NCBI RefSeq assembly: GCF_000315625.1
Contig: NW_005434670.1
Location: 347,072-411,071, forward strand
Source: Guillardia theta CCMP2712
Lineage: Eukaryota > Protista > Cryptophyta
Direction: 5' to 3'
Length of the DNA: 64,000 bases
In this document: positions 50,118 to 60,577 of the stretch, piece after piece
How the letters are laid out: each line of letters begins with the position of its first letter
How positions within the stretch are numbered: position 1 is the first letter of the stretch
Notes under the pieces: generated by a model
The model's database searches: none
Seen by the model: only the letters and a program-made list of their open reading frames with translations
Told to the model about the DNA's origin: nothing
Program-made: the position numbers and the translations under genes

Positions 50118-53100
50118 ATGAATCCTAGTAACGAGGGGACCATGCGGACGCTACTCTCCTCTCCCTCCTCTCCCTCCTCTCCCTCCTCTTCCTGCCCGTC
50201 CTCTTCCTGCCCCTCCTCTTCCTGCCTCTCTCCGTCCACCTTCTCTCTCCGCTCCATCCTTCCATACGCTCTCTTATTTGGTAATGTGTTTGTCATGCTT
50301 CTGGGCATGAGCACTGCCATGGTGACTGACCGGGTGCATGAGAACCTGTGGTGGGAGGAGGGTCTTGAATGGACGGAAGACATGAAGGTTTACTACGTGT
50401 CTGCGAGGAAATTCGAAGCTGTTGGTAAGACGCAAGAGGCGCAGGAGCTGTACGCGTCGCTCATCAGAAAGATTGCGAGGGTCGAGTCAAAGTCAAAAGA
50501 CTGGCGAGTACATCATTTCAATCTGCTTGCACATCAAGCGCATATTCTGCCAGCCAACGAGAGCATGCAGTTTTACAGCCAAGCGATGGAGGATTGCATA
50601 CTCGCTGACGAGCTCAAGAGCAGCAGTCGATGGCCTGGGTGGGGACTCTCGTCCTGCTTTGCGGTGGTGACCTCTCTCGCGCTCAAGCTGGACGCACAAG
50701 ACCCGGGGGGCCAAAGGCTGCCCTCCTCTCAAGCGTCTTCCGCTTTCAAGCTTGCTCGCCGCCTGTCGAGGCGCTCGGAGTTGGTGTGGAGTTTGACTTG
50801 GCCGAAGCTAACGGGCCGGGTGTCGACACCTGCGACGAGTGTGCGGAGGGCCGGGAAGCGAGTGACACTGGTCTCCGTTGCGAGTGGGAGATACAACGAG
50901 TTTGTGTTGCCTCTCATCAAGTCTGCCAAGGAATTCTTCGTTTCCGCCTGCTGCTCTCTGCGCATCGTCATTTTCACTGACCAGCTGGATGAGCATGTGG
51001 AGAGGTGTCAGAGAGAAACTTCAGCTTGTATTGGTGTTGTGTTTGTGCGGCGAGAAGAGCTCGGGTGGCCGTTGAGTGCGATGATGCGGTACCGCAACTT
51101 CCTGGACTCATGGAGCTTGCTCGAAGATGCCGATTTCCTCTTCAGCATCGATGTCGATTGTGAATTCGTCGCACCTGTTGGTGAGGAAGTGCTGGAGGAT
51201 CTGGTCGGCACCTGCCACGTGGACAACGCGTTTTACAGCGGCGAGGAAAAACTTTCAGCGGTTACTCGCATGGAGGGAGAGCGGAGGTGGGAGGAGGGCT
51301 CCATGTGGTCGCAAGCTGAGCTGATACAAGCGAGGAAGCGAAGCAAGGGACAGGAGCACAAGAACTTGAGGCCGTCAGCTGCCGTCTATGAGCGAAGACA
51401 AGCATCGACAGCCCACATCCCCCCCACTCGCGGTCAGCGATATTTCTACAGCGGCTTCTTTGGTGGATCGCGCGCAAGCTTCCTAAAGATGATTCAGTAC
51501 ATCGTGCGGGCGATCGAAGACGATCTGGCACGAGGAGTGATCGCTAGGGTACATGACGAGAGTCACGTGAACAAGTTCTTTGAGCTCTTTCCGCCCTCCT
51601 GCCTCTTGACTGCTGCTTACATGTACCCTGAAGCTGCTGTCCTCCTCGATGAGCTTCTCTGCGCCCCCCTCTCCTTCTGTCCTCGTGACCATATGCATCC
51701 TTGGATTTGGCGCCCCTGGCTCCCCGATGCCTGGCCGGATCCTCGCACTTGGACGCCTGACATGTGGAACAGCCGTCCGATGATGGTGCCGCGAATCCTC
51801 AATCTTGCCAAGCCAAAGAACAGCCTCATCACCGGCGGGAGAGGAGGGGATAGCGTGTATCGGTATAGGTTGTGGAGCAGCGACATGCACATCGGGCCCA
51901 TCGGAGACGTGAAGCGGATCTTACGAGCCTTGGGGATGGAAGTGACAGACAAGAGCTTGTCGTCTCACTGCCACGTCAGCAGAACCTGCGCGACCGACCT
52001 CAAGGTATTGACGCCTGAAGCTCTCGAGGAAGTGATCCACCTTGATGGCACGCGAGCGAGGAGGAGCCGAGGAGAAGAGGTGCGGGAGAGGTTCTTCAAG
52101 GCCTATAGAAGCGACGAGGAGATGGCCAAGGTTGACATGATCATCTGCAGTCACCCGCTCTCCATGTGCGAGCTCTACCTCCCGCTAGGGAAGCCGATGC
52201 TGCTGTACAGCACCACTCGTTTCGACTTGGGAAAGTTGACGTCCCGTGAAGAGCTGGAGCGATGGATCAAGACTGTGCGAGCCATCGCAAGCAAGAAGAC
52301 TAATCTACTGCTTGCCAACAACTTGTACGACGCTGCTTACATCAACTACTTCACTGGAATCACCCCGGACGTCATCCCAAGCCTCTGCAGGACCTCTCAC
52401 AAGCTTCTCCTTCCTCCCTCTCGGTTGCAGATTCTCCTCGACGTGTGTGATTCTCAGCGCTGTCCTCCTTTTCGTCAGCAAGGTGTCGCGTCCCTCCTGC
52501 GTTCCTTGCGTGCCGCGGGAGCTTCAGCAGGCTACCGCGGGGAGCTGGTGGACTTGAGAGAGCTGTACCCTCGCTATCATCCTTCCGACCTGGTGAGACA
52601 TCCTGCCATCGTCTGGCTCCCCTACCAGGTCTCCGTCATGTCCTTCTTCGAGCGTCGCGCCATGGGGATCCCTGTCCTGGTGCCTTCGCTGAGGCTCTTG
52701 GCGGCCTGGCACATGCAACATGGTCTTGTCTTTGAGCGACGAGCTGACTGGCAGACAGCCCAACGCCGACGAGGGTCGCTCCTTCCCCCTCATCCAGACG
52801 CCTCGGAGGCGATCAAGGACTGGGACCCCAACGACGAGAGGAATGCTTCTGCTGTGCTGACGTGGCTGTCTAGAGCAGATTTTTACAGCATGCCGCATGT
52901 CCTGCAATTCGAGTCCCTAGAGCATCTCTTCGTCCTCCTCGAAACAACCAACTTCTCTGCTGTCTCCGCCAGCATCTTGCGTCACCATGCGAGCCTTGAG
53001 CTCGACGTGCATCACAAGTGGAAAAAGGCGATGCGATTGACCCTGGGGTCCCGCCTGCCCGGGAGCTCGTCGAGCAGGTCGAGCAGGTCGAGCAGGTCGA

Positions 53101-53153
53101 GTTACCGCGAGGCTCTTGCGGAGGAATACCCGGAGCTGACGGGGCTCTACTAA
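50118..53153 (+). CDS. Type II membrane glycosyltransferase: GT6 (ABO/alpha-Gal-type) domain fused to a second uncharacterised domain
   Basis: TM helix; VASGRYNEF, WPLSAMMRY, FSIDVD (DxD), FYSGFFGGS, HDESHVNKFF; one uninterrupted ORF. Confidence 0.8.
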   Translation: MNPSNEGTMRTLLSSPSSPSSPSSSCPSSSCPSSSCLSPSTFSLRSILPYALLFGNVFVMLLGMSTAMVTDRVHENLWWEEGLEWTEDMKVYYVSARKFEAVGKTQEAQELYASLIRKIARVESKSKDWRVHHFNLLAHQAHILPANESMQFYSQAMEDCILADELKSSSRWPGWGLSSCFAVVTSLALKLDAQDPGGQRLPSSQASSAFKLARRLSRRSELVWSLTWPKLTGRVSTPATSVRRAGKRVTLVSVASGRYNEFVLPLIKSAKEFFVSACCSLRIVIFTDQLDEHVERCQRETSACIGVVFVRREELGWPLSAMMRYRNFLDSWSLLEDADFLFSIDVDCEFVAPVGEEVLEDLVGTCHVDNAFYSGEEKLSAVTRMEGERRWEEGSMWSQAELIQARKRSKGQEHKNLRPSAAVYERRQASTAHIPPTRGQRYFYSGFFGGSRASFLKMIQYIVRAIEDDLARGVIARVHDESHVNKFFELFPPSCLLTAAYMYPEAAVLLDELLCAPLSFCPRDHMHPWIWRPWLPDAWPDPRTWTPDMWNSRPMMVPRILNLAKPKNSLITGGRGGDSVYRYRLWSSDMHIGPIGDVKRILRALGMEVTDKSLSSHCHVSRTCATDLKVLTPEALEEVIHLDGTRARRSRGEEVRERFFKAYRSDEEMAKVDMIICSHPLSMCELYLPLGKPMLLYSTTRFDLGKLTSREELERWIKTVRAIASKKTNLLLANNLYDAAYINYFTGITPDVIPSLCRTSHKLLLPPSRLQILLDVCDSQRCPPFRQQGVASLLRSLRAAGASAGYRGELVDLRELYPRYHPSDLVRHPAIVWLPYQVSVMSFFERRAMGIPVLVPSLRLLAAWHMQHGLVFERRADWQTAQRRRGSLLPPHPDASEAIKDWDPNDERNASAVLTWLSRADFYSMPHVLQFESLEHLFVLLETTNFSAVSASILRHHASLELDVHHKWKKAMRLTLGSRLPGSSSSRSSRSSRSSYREALAEEYPELTGLY

Positions 53154-53515
53154 GATACCAGAACGAGGTCACGGCCTGTTCAAGTTCCCTTGTAGCTTCT
53201 CACAACTCCTTCTTATAGATCCACTTGTACTTCCTATTTCTCGCATCTTCACAGACTGCTCCTCTGTCTCCATCAGGCGGATCATCGTTGGGCGGGACAA
53301 GTCGCCCTAGAGCTCGGCTGACTGTGAGGGGGGCGCAGGTGCTCGAGCCAGAGGTCCCTCCTCCTCTGAGAGTCTGTCCAGTCGACCGAGGAGATTCACT
53401 CGCATAAGTTAGAGGGAGTCTTCGCAGGGGCAAGCAACAAGCACACCGTCACGCCGCGCACCACTCTCAGACCTGCAAGTACCTTATGCGATTAAAACTC
53501 ATAGAGATGCAATCG

Positions 53516-53816
53516 TGTTAGGGGTTACGTAAGCGGTTACGAATACTTCACTCCCACAACTTGAGTCAACTAGCTGTCTTATCCGGTCGGTTTGGTCGGT
53601 TTGGTAGGTTTTGGTCGAATAAAATGGATCCGAACTTTCTTTACGTTCAGTGAGCGCGATTGTGTTGAGGTTCCTGTTTGCTTGTTAACGCAAGTTATCA
53701 AGTTGGTTCAAGTTCACGGAGTCAAAGAGCATCATCAGGATTGTCAATCCCTAACATTGGTAGCGAAGGTTGGTTTTTGGTTGAAGTATTCGTAACCGCT
53801 TACGTAACCCCTAACA
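53516..53816. mobile_element. 301-bp non-autonomous TIR element with TGT...ACA ends, 35-bp perfect TIR and 5-bp TSD AATCG
   Basis: AATCG|TGTTAGGGGTTACGTAAGCGGTTACGAATACTTCA ... TGAAGTATTCGTAACCGCTTACGTAACCCCTAACA|AATCG. Confidence 0.92.
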
Positions 53817-53844
53817 AATCGCTGCTCCTGAAGGCTGCCTACTC

Positions 53845-54145
53845 CTCCTCGAGCGTTCATCCCTCTTGCCATCTCCACAGACGGTACTCTGCATCCTGAC
53901 ACCCTCCGCTTCATCTGGTATCTGGCAAACATCATCGCTCAGCGCTCGTTGCCTCTCGAGGATGTGGCAGCGCTCGATGCCTCTTGAGGATGCGGCGTTT
54001 GGTCGGCACTTCGTTCCTGATGATGGACCTGCTGCTGAGGTCTTGGCTCGCAAACGCGCCCTACCTATCAGCGCCTCACTATGCAGCTGACGCTAGAGGC
54101 GCTCCTGTCTGGTGCGAGGCGCATGACGCCCTTGCGGGTGCAAGC
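53845..54145 (+). pseudogene. Fragment of the C-terminal restriction-like endonuclease (RLE) region of a non-LTR retrotransposon (copies also at 56365-56510 and 62840-63120)
   Basis: FIPLAISTDGTLHPDTLRFIWYLA; upstream MTLVHP..AASEKIRKH at 62280-62410 resembles the D..EK..K RLE motif. Confidence 0.65.
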
Positions 54146-54147
54146 GG

Positions 54148-55412
54148 TCGTCTCGACTGACAGTGGTTAGTCGGATGCCTCCGGGTATCGCGTCTAAGGG
54201 GGTTTCATCTCGGACGTCCCCTCCTGCTGCTTATTACCCCTCCTAGCGACTGTTGCTTGGCCCTTCCTGCTTGTCTGAGCGGCTTCGCGCGTGGCCGTGG
54301 GCTGGCGGTGCCGGGTCTGCTGACAGTTGCCAGCCGTGCTGGTTCCTTTTGGTCTTGTTTTTTTTGTGTGTGTTTGTGCAGCTTCTCGATGTGCGCTGTG
54401 TGCATGCAGTTTAGCTTGTTCCTGCTTTGTACTCAGTGACGGAAGGGGGAGGAGGACGAGCGCCTAGCGCCCCCTAGTGCTGCTTCCCCCCTCCTCATCA
54501 TCCAGCTCGGATAATGCCTACCGCCGAATGTTTCAGCTCGATTCCTCGTCTGAAGGCTGACTCTCCGCCGTCCCTCTCTGGGGGCACTGCGAATGCTTCG
54601 GATGCATCAGCCTGTGCTGGGGATGTCCTGCCTGAAGCCTGACATTGCTGATGCCGAAGACGGCTGTCTGAAGTTCTCGCAAACCGCGTCCGCGCTCCTG
54701 CCTCTTCATGCTCGCAGTGGTGAGGAGGACGTCGCGAACCCCACAGTGCTGATGAGTTTGGATGCAAAGAACGCCTTCAACTCCCTCGACCGCCAGGCTC
54801 TCTTCGACACAATCGAGGGACGTGCGAGTCGCACCACTTTGATGGGCGCATCAATGAAGGCGCAAGCTTGCCCTCTTGCCGCGAGCCTCTCCGTTTGTTC
54901 GCCTCCTACCTCTCCAGCTACCGTACTATGGAGACTCTGCTGACCTTCGACTCTTTCACAAGGATCAGTCAGCTTCCCTTCAATGTACCTCGGGCGTCTG
55001 TCAAGGCGATGCCACGGTCCCCTCCAGTGTATTTTTCTGCAACAGTATCCACCCCCTGCTTGAGGCACTTTTACCTTCTGCGAGTAAAACTCAGTGACGC
55101 TCCCTGCTCATCCAGAGGAGTCGAAGACTCTGATTTACTGGCAGAAGGTAAAAAGTGCCTCAAGCAAAACAAAGCTAAACCTCCTGGCACACAGCGCACA
55201 GCGAGAAGCTGCACAATCACACACAAAACACAAGCCCGAAAAGAACCAGCACTGCTGGCAACCGTCAGCAGACCCGGCATCGCCAGCCCAAGCGCGAGGC
55301 CGCGCAGACAAGCAGCCGAAGGGTCAAGCAATCAAGCAACAAGCAGCAGGAGCATGCAGGAGGAATAAAATCCCTTAGACGCAATACCCGGAGGCAGTGT
55401 CAGTCGAGACGC
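54148..55412. mobile_element. Foldback structure: ~290-bp module (-), RT fragment, same module (+)
   Basis: 54148-54435 is a diverged reverse complement of 55131-55412. Confidence 0.65.
54700..54960 (+). pseudogene. Non-LTR (CRE-like) reverse transcriptase fragment
   Basis: VLMSLDAKNAFNSLDRQALF; antisense copy at about 55480-55580. Confidence 0.7.
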
Positions 55413-56052
55413 CTGGACCGAACGTCCGCTGCCGCCTCAAAGCTGGCGGTCGCGGGCGAGGAAACACCGTATTGGTCTTTCTTTGCATCCAAACTCATCA
55501 GCACTGTGGGGTTCGCGACGTCCTCCTCACCACTGCGAGCATGAAGAGGCAGGAGCGCGGACGCGGTTTTGCGAGAACTTCCGAGAATACGGATTTACTG
55601 GCAGAAGGTAAAAAGTGCCTCAAGCAAAACGAGTAAAACTTCACTACTCACAAGCCTGGAGTCACATTGCGGCGCTGCGCAGGCGGAGGCCCGGAATGAA
55701 GTGCTCATGAGACGAGTCGACGAGAGCGCGCAAACCAGGAAATGGGAAGATTTACTGGCAGAAGGTAAAAGTGCCTCAAGCAAAACAAAGCAGGAACAAG
55801 CTAAACCTGCTTGCACAGGTATGTGTACTGGAACTGAGTTTTACTCGAAGAAGGTAAAAAGTGCCTCATATGTGTACTACATATGCCGGGGGGCGTCCTG
55901 CGTCATCAGGCACAGCAGCCGGGTCAGGTGGGATCCCCGCGCCATCTACGGAGAGATCTCGAGCAGTGAACGTCCAGGCTACGACTGTATACCCTCAGAG
56001 GGCGTGAACTTTTTACCTTCTGCCAGTAAATCTTCTCCTACTGCGGCAGCGG

Positions 56053-56361
56053 ACGTCTCGACTGACAGTGATCAGTCGGCTGCCTCCGGGTATTGCGTCT
56101 AAGGGATTTTATTCCTCCTGCATGCTCCTGCTGCTTGTTGCTTGATTGCTTGACTCGTGACCCTTAGGCTGCTTGTCTGCGCGGCTTCGCGCTTGGGCTG
56201 GCGATGCCGCGTCTGGGTGCCAGCAGTGCTGGTTCTTTTCGGGCTTGTGTTTTGTGTGTGATTGTGCAGCTTCTCGCTGTGCGCTGTGTGCCAGGACGTT
56301 TCGCTTGTTCCTGCTTTGTTTTGCTTGAGGCACTTTTTACCTCGAGTCTGCCAGTAAATCC
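56053..56361 (-). repeat. ~290-bp module copy (other copies or parts at 55591, 55749, 55840, 56010, 62540-62836, 63544-63700, 63744-63900)
   Basis: Shared GATTTACTGGCAGAAGGTAAAAAGTGCCTCAAGCAAAAC end and CAGTCGAGACG end. Confidence 0.85.
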
Positions 56362-56510
56362 GACATTCCCTCTTGCCATCTCGACGGACGGTACCCTGCA
56401 TCCTGACACCCTCGCTTCATCTGGTATCTGGCGGACATCATTGCTCAGCGCTCGATGCCCAGCGTCATCCCTCTTGCCATCTCGACCGGGACGGTACCCT
56501 GCATCCTGAC

Positions 56511-56738
56511 TGTTAGGAAAACTTCCTAAAAGTATCTCTCGATCCAGTGTTGACACACGAAGTGATCCCGTCAAGAAACCAAAGAGCAAGCGCGCGACAG
56601 CAATGCACAATTCAACGGCAATTTACTCCAAATCCACGTTAGAGATAAAGAAAAGTAAGTAATCTAATTTCCTAAGAAACGAGACTGCCTAGGACACCTA
56701 CTTAAGAAAGACAGGAAGTCAGTAAACATATCCTATCA
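56511..56738 (-). repeat. 3' LTR (about 228 bp, TGATAGGA...TCCTAACA)
   Basis: First 68 bp identical to 62051-62118; preceded on the minus strand by purine-rich AGGGAGCGAAA. Confidence 0.7.
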
Positions 56739-56806
56739 TTTCGCTCCCTAGCGCTGATAGATGAGAACACACTTCTCAGCTCCAACTTCGCTGCAAACAC
56801 CAAGAA

Positions 56807-58258
56807 TCATTTAGCATTCACAAGATTGAAATCACGAATCATTTTCCTCAACTCTGGAGTGCGAAATTCACGCGTAGACAACCAAGAATCATCCGACGAC
56901 TTGTCATATCCTTTCCAACGAACCAGGTACTGCACACGATTACCTTTCCCACGACGAGCCAAAATACGATCGACTTCAAAATACTGTCCATCGCGTTGAA
57001 CCAAAGGCAACGGTGGTGGTTCAATTTCATCCAGAGAAACATCTCGAAAATAGTAAGGACGAAGTTTCGCCACGTTGAAAACTGTTTTCTTCATGTGTTG
57101 AAAACGCGGTGTGAACTCCAAGCGCACAGAGTTATCTGAAACTTTCTCTTGTATCTCGAAAGGCCCAATGAAACGAATTTTCATCTTGCCCATGGACTCA
57201 TGCAACTTCAAATCGCGCGTCGACAACATAACGAAGTCGCCAACATTGAATTGTAGATCCTTTCGAGATTTCTTCATAGTCTTCTCCTTCTGAATCGCTG
57301 ACAACGTTAACGCATCGCGAGCCAAGTCGACGGCCGCCATGATCTTGTCACGTACTTCTTCCACGTCCTCAGCACGATCGTCAGGAGTCAGGTCCAAAAC
57401 TGTACGAACGTCTCTGCCATAGATGATCTCAAACGGCGTAAGATTCGTCGCATCTCTAACGGTCGTATTCCAAATTGTCTCCAGATGTACGAGATAATCA
57501 TCCCAAGACTTGCTATCGTGTCGCATGCAGAAGATCCGCAAGGCTTCAACTATGACACTGTTGAACTTCTCAACTCGTCCCTGCGACTGCGGATGATAAA
57601 CGCTGCTATGGCGTATGTCGATTCCCATGAGAGTGAACAACTCAGTCCAAAATTCTGAAGAAAATAAACTCCCGTTGTCCGAGACCAACGTTTTGCAAAT
57701 CCCTTGAGCACGATAAACCGTCTCGAAATACGCACGAGCTGCTCCTTTCGATGTGATCGTCTTCTTACACGGATACAAGAACACCCTGTTGGAAAACTGA
57801 TCGAGAAACACCAAGACACTGTCGTTTCCCCGCTTCGAGGTGGGCAGCGCTGTAAGCAAATCCACTGAAATCTTCTCGAATCGCTCACGCGGAACCAAAT
57901 GACTGTGCGGTTCGCCAGCCGCTCGTTGCTTGTAACTCTTGCCTTGCAAGCACTCCGCACACGAGTTGACATAGTTCGCGACGTCCTTACTCATGGTAGG
58001 CCAGAAAGCGATTTGCGACGCCTTCAAGAAAGTCTTCGTCTTCCCTACATGGCAAGAATCGTCATGAATCAGGCGCAAGAACTTCGCTCGAGAATGATAA
58101 GGAATGCACACACGTTCCCGACCAAGCGAGTCCTTCCAAAACAAGACTCCGTCTCGCAGAAAATAAGTTCGACGCTGCATTGGGACCATGTTTCCCTGTT
58201 GAATGTCCTGGAGAACCTGCGCGAAATATCTGTCCTGCTGATAATTTTTTGACGACAT
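56807..58258 (-). CDS. Integrase plus chromodomain (pol 3' part)
   Basis: HDDSCH..CAEC zinc motif, SVDLL, VSDNG, QSQGRVE, FIGPF, and EVDRILARRGKGNRVQYLVRWKGY. Confidence 0.95.
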   Translation of the reverse strand: MSSKNYQQDRYFAQVLQDIQQGNMVPMQRRTYFLRDGVLFWKDSLGRERVCIPYHSRAKFLRLIHDDSCHVGKTKTFLKASQIAFWPTMSKDVANYVNSCAECLQGKSYKQRAAGEPHSHLVPRERFEKISVDLLTALPTSKRGNDSVLVFLDQFSNRVFLYPCKKTITSKGAARAYFETVYRAQGICKTLVSDNGSLFSSEFWTELFTLMGIDIRHSSVYHPQSQGRVEKFNSVIVEALRIFCMRHDSKSWDDYLVHLETIWNTTVRDATNLTPFEIIYGRDVRTVLDLTPDDRAEDVEEVRDKIMAAVDLARDALTLSAIQKEKTMKKSRKDLQFNVGDFVMLSTRDLKLHESMGKMKIRFIGPFEIQEKVSDNSVRLEFTPRFQHMKKTVFNVAKLRPYYFRDVSLDEIEPPPLPLVQRDGQYFEVDRILARRGKGNRVQYLVRWKGYDKSSDDSWLSTREFRTPELRKMIRDFNLVNAK

Positions 58259-59530
58259 CAGCTGTAAATGCGTTGTCTGTTGCTAGAGCGTAGCAGTGCG
58301 TAACAACCTCTGCATCACTGTCAGTCACCTCCATCACCTCCCCCTCCCCAGAGGACGAGATGGTACAAAGCAAGGTAGGATCCAAGTTGACCAAATCAGC
58401 ACGCTGTCGAATCTCATCGTCTAACGCACTCTGTGACGGCACAACCGTAGAATCGTTCGGACGAGATAGGTAGTCAGCGATGACATTCTCTTCTCCAGGA
58501 ATGTAGGAGATTTCATCCAAATCGAAATCAGCAAGAATTTGACTCCATCGAAACAATCGACCCGTGAGGTTGCTCTGCGTAAGAAGATACTTGAGACTCT
58601 TGTGATCTGTACGAACCAACACCCTGCGTCCGTACAAGTAAAACTTGAAATGAACCAATGCTGAAATCAATCCCAGAAGCTCCTTCTCGCGCACTGAATA
58701 ATTTACCTCAGCACTGTTGAGACGCTTGCTAAAGAAGGCGACAGGCAACAGATCTTCGCCATGCTGTTGTGTTAAGACAGCACCGATGGCGTAGTCGCTC
58801 GCATCGACCAACACGCAAGTAGCTAACGCTGGGTTGAAGTACCTTAAAACAGGGGCTGATATCAAACGCTTCTTCAGCTCCTGAAAGGCCGCCTCTTGCG
58901 CGTCATCCCAACAAAACTTCACATTCTTACGTAGAAGATTCGTTAGCGGAAGTGCTAACGCTGCGTAATCCGGCACATACTTCCTGTAAAAGTTCAACAC
59001 TCCCAAAAACGACTTGAGTTCCTTCACTGCCTGAGGTGCCGTACGATCCACAATCGCTTGTACCTTTTTCTCTTGTGTCGAGACGCCTGCCTCGCTGATG
59101 TGGAAACCGAGGAAATCAATTTCAGAGTGAAACAGCTTACATTTCGACTTCTTGACAAACAACTGCTCTTTGCGAAAGCGATCCAGAGCCTGTCGAAGCA
59201 AACGCTCATGTCTCTCCAAGCTCCCATAACTGATCAAGCAAACATCGTCGATATAGCTCAGGCAATTCTCGAGACCTTGAAGAACACTCTCGAGAAATTT
59301 CTGAAATTGATTTGCCGAATCTACCAAGCCGAAAGGAATCCTCCGATACTGATATTTCCCAAACTTCGTGATGAAACACGTGTACTTCCTCGACGCGGCG
59401 TCCAACTCAAGTTGCCAAAAACTTTTCGCCAGTCGAGTGAGCTGATCCACAACCGTGCCCCAGTTCTGAAGCATAACGCGCTCTCTCTTCCATGATCTTT
59501 CGACCCACTCGTTCTATCAGCTCCATCACC
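58250..59530 (-). CDS. Reverse transcriptase plus RNase H (pol), frameshifted at both ends
   Basis: IPFGL, YIDD, DASDYAIGAVL, YSVREKELL, TDHKSL, ADYLSR. Confidence 0.95.
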
Positions 59531-59701
59531 AACGNNNNNNNNNNNNNNNNNNNNNNNNNNNNNNNNNNNNNNNNNNNNNNNNNNNNNNNNNNNNNNNNNN
59601 NNNNNNNNNNNNNNNNNNNNNNNNNNNNNNNNNNNNNNNNNNNNNNNNNNNNNNNNNNNNNNNNNNNNNNNNNNNNNNNGAAGGCAAGATTCGTCGAAGG
59701 T

Positions 59702-60577
59702 TCAATGATCCCACGCTCCAACAAGAAGGCAAGATTCGCTTTGCACCGCCTCAACGTTATCCTTGAGCCGAATCGTCGCCTTGAAGGACCGGTCAAGAAC
59801 AACGTCGCTGGGAATGTCATCACGAATGACATCCGAATAATCTTCCATGATCGTCTCGGCAGCCTTCTGCTCGAGACTCGTGGCACCATCTGTCGGCTGA
59901 GCCATCTCCAACAGGTTGCACAAATGTACCACGTACCATTCCGAATCGTTCTGCTTGAGGTCTCTCACTGCCTCAGTGTAAGAAAGTACCTGACACAGCG
60001 AGGCGTCCGCAGCCCCAAATTGCTTGTTTGTCGGGCAAACAAGTAACGGAAGCTCGACCATCTTCTTGCGCCACTTGGCAAAGACTCTGGGGTGACCCGC
60101 ATCAATCACGATCTTGTTCGCACGCATCCATTCCCATGAGAGGATCATGTCCGCATGCGGCAAGTCAAGCATGTAGAACGACCCACTACTCTTGAAACTG
60201 GAGCCTACGCCCAATTTTGTCTGGAAAACCATATCAGACAACCTACACGTCCCATCGGCCATGATAACTCGTTTGCGAACTTCTGCATCCGTGACCGACA
60301 GACCAAATTTGCGCACTGCCTTCGTGCTGATAAACGACTCTTCAGCAGCTGTATCGAGCAATGCATTAAGAACTATGGATTGATTCCCGAACCGAAAGGT
60401 CACAGGTACCATAGGTAGAGCTTTGATCCTGTGAGAGTCAACGGTGATACGACATTGACGAACATCCCTAGGATCTTCTGTCGGAGGTGTGCCCGGGTCG
60501 AAGACAACATTCGAAGTCTGCAAACCCGTGCCCCCGTCGATTGCGCCCTCCGCGGCAACCGACGTCACTGGTTTAAA
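59702..60577 (-). CDS. Aspartic protease (pol 5' part), in the -1 frame relative to gag
   Basis: ALLDTAAEESFIS and DMILSWEWM. Confidence 0.85.
   Translation of the reverse strand, partial: FKPVTSVAAEGAIDGGTGLQTSNVVFDPGTPPTEDPRDVRQCRITVDSHRIKALPMVPVTFRFGNQSIVLNALLDTAAEESFISTKAVRKFGLSVTDAEVRKRVIMADGTCRLSDMVFQTKLGVGSSFKSSGSFYMLDLPHADMILSWEWMRANKIVIDAGHPRVFAKWRKKMVELPLLVCPTNKQFGAADASLCQVLSYTEAVRDLKQNDSEWYVVHLCNLLEMAQPTDGATSLEQKAAETIMEDYSDVIRDDIPSDVVLDRSFKATIRLKDNVEAVQSESCLLVGAWDH
60535..60577 (-). promoter_or_regulatory. -1 programmed ribosomal frameshift signal (U UUA AAC, 6-nt spacer, stem-loop)
   Basis: GCT TTA AAC CAG TGA, then CGTCGGTTGC pairing with GCAATCGACG. Confidence 0.8.

Noticed and set aside
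55060-56361. CRISPR-like array of the repeated GATTTACTGGCAGAAGGTAAAAAGTGCCTCAAG motif
   Set aside because: Mixed orientations, very uneven spacing, the motif is part of a longer module, eukaryotic context and no cas genes
58240-58260. Programmed frameshift between RNase H and integrase
   Set aside because: It coincides with an A homopolymer, and the RT has other frame breaks near the gap; more likely mutation or sequencing error
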